Positions 26,664 to 32,000 of a DNA stretch of 32,000 bases are shown here, piece after piece. Within the stretch, counting starts at the first letter, position 1. Each line of letters opens with the position of its first letter. The position numbers and the translations under genes were made by a program. Source of the stretch: Pseudodesulfovibrio mercurii (lineage in GTDB: Bacteria; Desulfobacterota; Desulfovibrionia; Desulfovibrionales; Desulfovibrionaceae); the NCBI RefSeq assembly GCF_000189295.2, contig NC_016803.1, forward strand, positions 3,240,001 to 3,272,000, in the 5' to 3' direction. The notes under the pieces were generated by a model. It saw nothing but the letters and a program-made list of their open reading frames with translations. It had not been told where the DNA came from and ran no database searches.

Positions 26664-27415
26664 GGGGCACCTCTGCGGAGCAGTTCCAGGGCCAGGTTCC
26701 GGTAGTCGGCGGCCCCGTGGCTGCGGGGTTTGTAGGTGAAGATGTCCCGGCCGAAACTGGGGGCCTCGGCCAGGGAGATGTTGTCGCGGATGGTCGTATC
26801 CAGCAGGGCGTCGCCGAAGTGGTCCTTGATCTTGCGCCGGATCTCCCGGTTGAGCTTGCGGGTGCGTTGGTAGCGGGTCATGAGGATGCCGGACAGGGTG
26901 AGATGCGGGTTCCAGCCCTCGCGGATGGCCTTGACCGTCTCCATGAGCTTGCCCAGGGATTGCAGGGCCAGGAATTCCGGCTGCACCGGCACGAGCAGTT
27001 CGTTCGCCGCGACCATGGCGTTCAGTGTGAGCATGCCGAGGTTGGGCGGGCAGTCGATGATGGCGAAGTCGTACCCTCCGGTCCCGGCCAGGGCGTCGCG
27101 CAGCCGGGTCTCGCGGTTCCCGGCCGAAGCCAGGTCCACCTCGGTCCCGGCCAGGGCCACGGAGGCGGGCACCACATGCAGTCCGCCGACCTCCATGGTC
27201 ACGCTGTCCAGGGGACACTCGCGCATCAGGGCCGCGCCCATGGTCCGGGGCAGCTCGTGGGCCATGATGCCCAGGGAATAGGTCAGATGCGCCTGGGGGT
27301 CGAGGTCCAGCAGCAGGACGCGCCGGTCCTGCCGGGCCAGGGCGGCCCCCAGGTTCACGGCGGTGGACGTCTTGCCCACGCCCCCCTTCTGGTTCAGTAC
27401 GGCGATGATGCGCAT
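26660..27415 (-). CDS. ParA/Soj/MinD-family P-loop ATPase (orphan, no ParB seen)
   Basis: Deviant Walker A in IIAVLNQKGGVGKTSTAVNLG, plus LLLDLDPQAHLT, Walker B DFAIIDCPP, and LVPVQPEFLALQSL. Confidence 0.95.
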   Translation of the reverse strand: MRIIAVLNQKGGVGKTSTAVNLGAALARQDRRVLLLDLDPQAHLTYSLGIMAHELPRTMGAALMRECPLDSVTMEVGGLHVVPASVALAGTEVDLASAGNRETRLRDALAGTGGYDFAIIDCPPNLGMLTLNAMVAANELLVPVQPEFLALQSLGKLMETVKAIREGWNPHLTLSGILMTRYQRTRKLNREIRRKIKDHFGDALLDTTIRDNISLAEAPSFGRDIFTYKPRSHGAADYRNLALELLRRGAP

Positions 27416-27427
27416 GCCGGTCCCGGT

Positions 27428-27613
27428 CTAGTGCGTGGTGTGCAGGGTGATCTTCTTGATGACGTACTCCCGGCCGTAGCGGCAGGTCAGGGAGTTGATC
27501 CGTTCGAGAATGCGGTCCCGCTCCTCGTCCACCATGTCGGGGTTCTCCTCTTCGATGCCGAACAGGTCGGCCACCTCATTCCATTCGAAACATTGATCTT
27601 GCGTTTCAGTCAT
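27428..27613 (-). CDS. Small acidic hypothetical protein (61 aa)
   Basis: MTETQDQCFEWNEVADLFGIEEENPDMVDEERDRILERINSLTCRYGREYVIKKITLHTTH. RBS GGAG lies 7 nt upstream of the ATG at 27613. The gene ends 12 nt before the ParA start. I recognise no family, and it is too short for certainty. Confidence 0.5.
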   Translation of the reverse strand: MTETQDQCFEWNEVADLFGIEEENPDMVDEERDRILERINSLTCRYGREYVIKKITLHTTH

Positions 27614-27645
27614 TGTTTTTCTCCGCAATGGGCTCGTGCTCGTTG

Positions 27646-28191
27646 TTATTTCTTGTCGGCGGACTTGGCCGACGTTTTCTTGGCGATGGATTTCTTGGAT
27701 GCCGCCTTTTTTGCCGCTTTTTTCCCGTCCGGGTCCTTTTTGGCCGCCGCCTTTTTCGCTTCGAATTTGGCCTCGGATTTGGCCTCGGATTCGGGCCTGG
27801 CTTCGGTGGTGGCCGGGACCCTGGCCGGTTCGGTGGTGGCCGGGGCCATTGCCGGAATCTTGGCGGCCGGGGCCTGGGCCGCGGGCTTCATGGCCGGGGC
27901 GCCGCCCTCGGGCTGGATCGCCGGTGCGGGCGCGGGCTCGGCGTCGCCGATCCGGAGTTCGTCCCCTCCGGCCTCGGTCCAGCTCAGCTCGAAGCCGATC
28001 TTCTGCTTGTCGTTCTTGACTTTGGCCTCCACCTTGACGGCCACCTGGGCGCCGGGCGTCATGACCACGTGCTCCCCGCCGCTCTCCACCACGATGGTGC
28101 CGGACCGGAAGCTCCTGGCCAGGTCTTCGATGTAGGACACGGCGTCCTTGTACTCCAGGACCTTCTTGACACTGATCTTTTGCTTATCCAC
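27646..28191 (-). CDS. Amphi-Trp domain protein with Pro/Ala-rich linker and Lys/Ala-rich (histone H1-like) C-terminal tail
   Basis: GTG start at 28191 (GGAGG 8 nt upstream). The domain KISVKKVLEYKDAVSYIEDLARSFRSGTIVVESGGEHVVMTPGAQVAVKVEAKVKNDKQKIGFELSWTE parallels the other amphi-Trp protein. The tail reads ESEAKSEAKFEAKKAAAKKDPDGKKAAKKAASKKSIAKKTSAKSADKK. Confidence 0.75.
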   Translation of the reverse strand: MDKQKISVKKVLEYKDAVSYIEDLARSFRSGTIVVESGGEHVVMTPGAQVAVKVEAKVKNDKQKIGFELSWTEAGGDELRIGDAEPAPAPAIQPEGGAPAMKPAAQAPAAKIPAMAPATTEPARVPATTEARPESEAKSEAKFEAKKAAAKKDPDGKKAAKKAASKKSIAKKTSAKSADKK

Positions 28192-28217
28192 GTTCACAAC
28201 CTCCTTTGGGTTGGCCG

Positions 28218-29426
28218 TCAGCAAAGCGACAGCAAAAATTCGCTCAGGACCCGGCCGTCGAGGTGCGGCGCGCTCCGCGCCGTGACCAGGGGGCCGTCTA
28301 TGACCGTGAAGCCGCGCTCCTCGATCCGCTTTCTGTCGATGCCCCCGGCGTACCGCCCGTTTTTCGAGTCCACCAGGACGTAGCCCAGGACCTCGCCGTC
28401 TCCGGTACCGCCGCCGTCCCCGTCGTGGGCCTCGACGTCGGCCCGCAGGTGGCGGCAGAGGATGTCCGCCCGCTCGGCCACGGACACGCCGGGCGTCTCG
28501 GGGTCCGCGCCCGTGGACGGGACGAAGACCTTGGGGCAGGTGTTGGCGGCCACGGCCCGGCCCACGCCGTCGACCAGCAGGTTGGCCACCACGCTGGAAT
28601 AGAAGCTGCCCGGCGGGTAGCAGATCAGGTCCGCCTTGCCGATCCACTCCCGGACCTTCTTGCGGATGGCCGTGCGGACCGGTTCCCGGTCGTCCGGGGA
28701 GCGGGTCAGCCAGATGTCCTCGATGGGCGAGGCGAGCGGGGCGGACTCCTTGCCGGTAATCCGGTGCTGTCCCACGATGGTCTCGCCGTCGGCCAGGCGC
28801 ACGGCCAGGTGCAGGTCCTGGTTCACGGTCGGGCGGACCACGCCGCAGACCTGGACCAGCTTGGAGAAGAGGTAGATGACCGGGTCCAGTTGGCGGCGGT
28901 TAGACAGGTACCCGGCGGTCAGGACCAGGTTGCCGATGGACGCGCCCCGGAGGTCGAAGTCCTCGGGCATGCGTTCCAGGAATTCGTAGAAATGGTTGCG
29001 GATGAGCTTGCGCATGGGGTCCGGGATGCGCCGGACCAGGGGGTGCGCCCCGGCGGCCATGGCGTCCAGGTCGGCGCGCAGGGCGTCGCGCTCCCCGTCC
29101 TTGGGCAGCCGGTGGGTGAACAGGTTGTATATCTCGGGGTTGCCCTGCACGGACTGGTCGGCCAGGGCCATGAGCCGGTTGCGGATGTCGCCCACGGCGG
29201 GCATGCCGAAGGCCTTGCGGATGACCGCCGAGCTGCCCCCCGAGTCGAAGGGGGTGATCAGGTGGATGGAGTTGTGGGTGTAGCGGATGAGCTCCCTGGA
29301 GGTGTCGCGCAGGGCCGAGCCGCCGCTGAAGAAGAGCACGGACGGGCCGAGTTCGGGGGCCCGCCGGAACTGCTCCAGCTTTCGCGGGTCCGGGATGGTG
29401 ACGTCCCTGGTGACTCGAATGCGCAC
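28218..29426 (-). CDS. CofD/YvcK-family protein (CofD-related protein of the GAK system)
   Basis: GTG start at 29426 (GGAG 6 nt upstream), 11 nt after the kinase stop. The N-terminal VLFFSGGSALRDTSRELI and ITPFDSGGSSAVIR resemble the CofD/UPF0052 nucleotide-binding region, and LICYPPGSFYSSVVANLL resembles its C-terminal motif. The upstream 276 codons of the track ORF are a shadow. Confidence 0.85.
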   Translation of the reverse strand: MRIRVTRDVTIPDPRKLEQFRRAPELGPSVLFFSGGSALRDTSRELIRYTHNSIHLITPFDSGGSSAVIRKAFGMPAVGDIRNRLMALADQSVQGNPEIYNLFTHRLPKDGERDALRADLDAMAAGAHPLVRRIPDPMRKLIRNHFYEFLERMPEDFDLRGASIGNLVLTAGYLSNRRQLDPVIYLFSKLVQVCGVVRPTVNQDLHLAVRLADGETIVGQHRITGKESAPLASPIEDIWLTRSPDDREPVRTAIRKKVREWIGKADLICYPPGSFYSSVVANLLVDGVGRAVAANTCPKVFVPSTGADPETPGVSVAERADILCRHLRADVEAHDGDGGGTGDGEVLGYVLVDSKNGRYAGGIDRKRIEERGFTVIDGPLVTARSAPHLDGRVLSEFLLSLC

Positions 29427-29437
29427 TGTCCGCTCCG

Positions 29438-30535
29438 TCAGTCGGCCGGGAGGAGGCCGGTTTGCATGTACCGCAAGCATATCTCGGAAGCGCGGTCGAA
29501 GTCCACGCCTCCGGCGATTTCGATGAGATCGGTCTTGGACAGGAGCGCGGCGTAGGCGTCCTCGTCCGGGTCCGCCCGCCGGGCCGGGTCGTCGGGCAGG
29601 TAGAACAGCCCCGTGGACTTCATGAACGCGGGCAGCAGGTCGCGGCGCTCCCGTGGGTCCACCAGACCGGCGCGCAGGGGGGCGCGGTCCCGGCTCCAGT
29701 TGAGGACGACCAGTGCGTTCATGGGGCAGCGCAGCTCGAATTTGCCCGGTCCGTAGCACTCGTCGATGAGGGCGTCGTACTTGTGCTCCAGCTGCCACAG
29801 CTCGTCCTTGGGCAGGGACAGGAACTTCTCGCGCATGCCCGGCTCCACGATGCAGTGCAGGTCCGGGTTGTGCAGGGCCGTGCCGGGGTTGATGCGCGGC
29901 TGCTTGGCCACCCCGTACATGACCAGGCCGTCGCCGTCCTCCTCGACCATGACCCGGTCGTTGGAGATGAAGGTCGTGCCCCTGCTCATGAGGTGCAGGG
30001 CCAGGGTGGACTTGCCCGCGCCCGAGAATCCGGCCAGGGAGATGCCGCGTTCGCCCGAACGCACCCCGGCGGCGTGGCCCAGGAACCCGCCCCTGTTGAG
30101 CTTCCACTCGATGAACCGGTTGTTGACGAAATTGATGACCTGGTTGGGGTTGTCCAGGCACGGCCCCACGGCCACGTTCTCGCCCCGGCCGAAGAGGAAG
30201 TGCATGCCGGTCAGCCGCTTGCGGACCACGCGGCCGTCGGGCAGGTCGATCCACTCCTCCTTGATCCTGGTCTTGCCGGGATCGGGCTCCTTGACGTTGA
30301 AGGCGAGGTCCGTGTCCACGGCCGGGACCTCGTGGGCCGAGAGGGTGATCTCCGGCTCGCCGTCCCCGGTCAGGAACTCCTTGAAATAGTCGGCCAGGAC
30401 GTCGTGCAGGGCGTCCGTGGAGCTGTCCACCCGGATGCGGCAGCCGCCGAGGTCCAGGTGGAGGGTGTGCCCGGCCGGGCAGGCCGTCTTCACGGCCTCG
30501 GCCAGTTCCCTGCGGGTGGTGCCGGTCAGCTTCAT
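29438..30535 (-). CDS. HprK-related P-loop kinase (HprK-related kinase B type)
   Basis: The ATG at 30535 overlaps the ATP-grasp stop (ATGA). The P-loop GISLAGFSGAGKSTLALHLM followed by FISNDRVMV resembles the C-terminal kinase domain of HPr kinase/phosphorylase. Confidence 0.8.
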   Translation of the reverse strand: MKLTGTTRRELAEAVKTACPAGHTLHLDLGGCRIRVDSSTDALHDVLADYFKEFLTGDGEPEITLSAHEVPAVDTDLAFNVKEPDPGKTRIKEEWIDLPDGRVVRKRLTGMHFLFGRGENVAVGPCLDNPNQVINFVNNRFIEWKLNRGGFLGHAAGVRSGERGISLAGFSGAGKSTLALHLMSRGTTFISNDRVMVEEDGDGLVMYGVAKQPRINPGTALHNPDLHCIVEPGMREKFLSLPKDELWQLEHKYDALIDECYGPGKFELRCPMNALVVLNWSRDRAPLRAGLVDPRERRDLLPAFMKSTGLFYLPDDPARRADPDEDAYAALLSKTDLIEIAGGVDFDRASEICLRYMQTGLLPAD

Positions 30536-31404
30536 TTGAGTTTCTCCATGACGTAGTCCACGTAGCGCGCGGCGGCGTCGATGCCGCTGGTCTCCTGGAT
30601 GCCCCGGAAGCCCCCGAACACGGAGACCTCGAAGACGTAGGGGCCGTCGTCGGTGATGGCCACGTCCACGCAGGTGAAGTCGAGGTTGAAGTCGGCCTGG
30701 GCCTTGCGGGCCAGCTCGATGATCTCGGGCGCGGGCTCGTAGGGCCGGTATTTGCCGCCCGAGGCCGTGGTCGTGTTCCAGGCCCCGTTGGTCTTGCACC
30801 GGGCGTAGGTGGTCAGGTACTCGCCGCCCAGGAAGGCGATGCCCAGGTCCAGATCGCCCAGCTCGATGGTCTTCTGGATGTACAGGATCGGGTTCTCGGC
30901 CTTGTACTCCTCGATGGCCGCCCGGGCGTCCGGGCCGTTCCTCAGCACGAACATGCCGCGCGCCTTGGAGGTGTACAGCGGCTTGAACACGGCCTCGCCG
31001 TATTGCTCCAGCGCCGTCAGGGCCTGGTCCACGGACTCCGTGACGGTCGTGGGCGGCATGGGGATGTCCTTGAGTTGCAGCGAGATGGTGCAGGACAGCC
31101 GGTCCAGGGCGCGCAGGATGGCGTAGGGCGCGCTGAATATCCTGAGCCCCCGCTCGTGCAGGTAGCGCAGGACCTCCAGCCGGTCCAGGAGGTCCGGGGA
31201 ATAGCGCGCGCCGATCTTCTTGATGATCAGGGCGTCGAAATCGTTCAGGGTGTGCCCGTCGTAGAAGGCCCGGCCCGAGGGTAGGTCCAGGCGCACGTCC
31301 TCCATGTCGATGAGCACGCGCTCCCCGCCGGTCTTCTCGGCCACGGTGTCCGCCAGTTTTTCGGAGGACCAGCCGCCCTCGATGCCAATGACTCCTATCT
31401 TCAC
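30532..31404 (-). CDS. RimK-like ATP-grasp ligase (ATP-grasp enzyme of the GAK system)
   Basis: GTG start at 31404 (AAGGAG 7 nt upstream). The 290-aa protein has the ATP-grasp layout: MKIGVIG pre-ATP-grasp region, VFKPLYTSKARGM, ILYIQKTIE, and DFTCVDVAITDDGPYVFEVS (Mg/ATP-binding C-terminal motif). Confidence 0.9.
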   Translation of the reverse strand: MKIGVIGIEGGWSSEKLADTVAEKTGGERVLIDMEDVRLDLPSGRAFYDGHTLNDFDALIIKKIGARYSPDLLDRLEVLRYLHERGLRIFSAPYAILRALDRLSCTISLQLKDIPMPPTTVTESVDQALTALEQYGEAVFKPLYTSKARGMFVLRNGPDARAAIEEYKAENPILYIQKTIELGDLDLGIAFLGGEYLTTYARCKTNGAWNTTTASGGKYRPYEPAPEIIELARKAQADFNLDFTCVDVAITDDGPYVFEVSVFGGFRGIQETSGIDAAARYVDYVMEKLK

Positions 31405-31423
31405 GAAACGGCTCCTTGCTTGC

Positions 31424-32000
31424 CTAGTAGTAGAGGACGTCCTCGGGCAGGGAGAAAAGCTCCCAGTCCCCGCCCCGGTATTGATGAATCTTTTCCAGCA
31501 GGAACATGGACCGGTTGTACATCTCCTTGGCGAACTTGAAGTTCAGCTCGAACCGGGTGGAGGTGTAGAAGCTGCGCGCCAGGGCGAAGGCCAGCCGGGC
31601 CTGGACCGTGGGGTCCTCGTGCCGCTGGGCGAACTCCAGGATGAACCCGTAGAACTGCCGGATGACCGAGTTGATGCGTTTGCGGTGGTCCGAATCGAAC
31701 AGGGGCACGCGGAAGTTGGAGACCAGGAAGACCGAGGCGTCCTGGACGTAGTCGAAGTCCCGCGAGCGGTACAGGTCGATGTAGTGGATCTGCTGGGCCT
31801 CGTGGTTGTAGACCACGTTGTTGATGTTGAAGTCGCCGTGGATGAAGACCGAGAAGGGGGCTTCCAGCTCGTCCTCGATGTCCGCGCAGGCCGACAGCAG
31901 GGCCTCGGTGGACCGGACCTCCGACGGCCCCAGGCTCTTGGGGTCGCGCCAGAACTCGGGGTGGGTCTGGAGCACGCCTTCCAGGCGGGACTGGATCTGC
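31424..32000 (-). CDS. Aminoglycoside-phosphotransferase/choline-kinase-like (APH fold) kinase, C-terminal part (5' end beyond window)
   Basis: Brenner-type catalytic motif FIHGDFNINNVV, followed by IHYIDLYRS (metal-binding Asp). The frame stays open to nt 32000, so the listed GTG at 31975 is internal. The stop lies 19 nt upstream of the ATP-grasp start. Confidence 0.75.
   Translation of the reverse strand, partial: QIQSRLEGVLQTHPEFWRDPKSLGPSEVRSTEALLSACADIEDELEAPFSVFIHGDFNINNVVYNHEAQQIHYIDLYRSRDFDYVQDASVFLVSNFRVPLFDSDHRKRINSVIRQFYGFILEFAQRHEDPTVQARLAFALARSFYTSTRFELNFKFAKEMYNRSMFLLEKIHQYRGGDWELFSLPEDVLYY

Noticed and set aside
26660-27415. Plasmid or chromosome partition locus (parAB/parS)
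   Set aside because: No ParB-like or ribbon-helix-helix gene and no parS-like inverted repeats flank the ParA gene. It is embedded by overlap inside the amphi-Trp/GAK operon.
13149-32000. Genomic island or mobile-element boundaries (integrase, transposase, tRNA, direct repeats) around the caspase and GAK clusters
   Set aside because: I could recognise no integrase, transposase or phage genes and no tRNA. Codon bias by eye matches the flanking housekeeping genes, so 'accessory' status rests on gene content only.

Overview
GC-rich chromosomal segment with strongly GC-biased third codon positions. The protein content looks like a sulfate-reducing deltaproteobacterium (Desulfovibrio-like), but that is an inference I could not verify. 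Many long ORFs in the six-frame track are antisense or out-of-frame shadows. I called genes from recognisable motifs, RBS spacing and translational-coupling junctions. The layout has four parts. (1) Nt 1-7754 holds housekeeping and signalling genes: a Cache/HAMP histidine kinase, a convergent REC-histidine kinase hybrid, and a BMP-family (nucleoside/simple-sugar type) ABC importer operon. (2) Nt 7755-13148 holds greA with a terminator-containing leader, a Cys-rich unknown protein translationally coupled to an RluA-type pseudouridine synthase, the type III glutamine synthetase glnN, and a structured, repeat-filled intergenic region. (3) Nt 13149-25941 is an accessory-looking envelope island built around three exported, catalytically intact caspase-like (peptidase C14) paralogues, two of which carry DUF4384-like C-terminal domains. 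One caspase heads an operon with a lipoprotein, a secreted protein and an MscS-family channel. One sits in a six-gene operon: ECF-like sigma, zinc anti-sigma, caspase, secreted beta-sandwich-like protein, OmpA-like protein, and HAMP-PP2C phosphatase. The third stands alone and carries a 3 x 37-aa coiled-coil repeat and an unknown C-terminal domain. (4) Nt 26232-32000 is a tightly coupled minus-strand operon that matches what I recall as the functionally uncharacterised 'GAK system' (ATP-grasp, amphi-Trp, HprK-related kinase B, CofD-related protein). Here it is extended by an APH-like kinase, a second amphi-Trp protein with a histone-H1-like Lys/Ala tail, a small acidic protein and a ParA-like ATPase. 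Parts 3 and 4 are the best candidates for an undescribed system. I saw no rRNA, tRNA, CRISPR array, transposase or integrase. All family assignments come from motif recognition by eye, not from searches.
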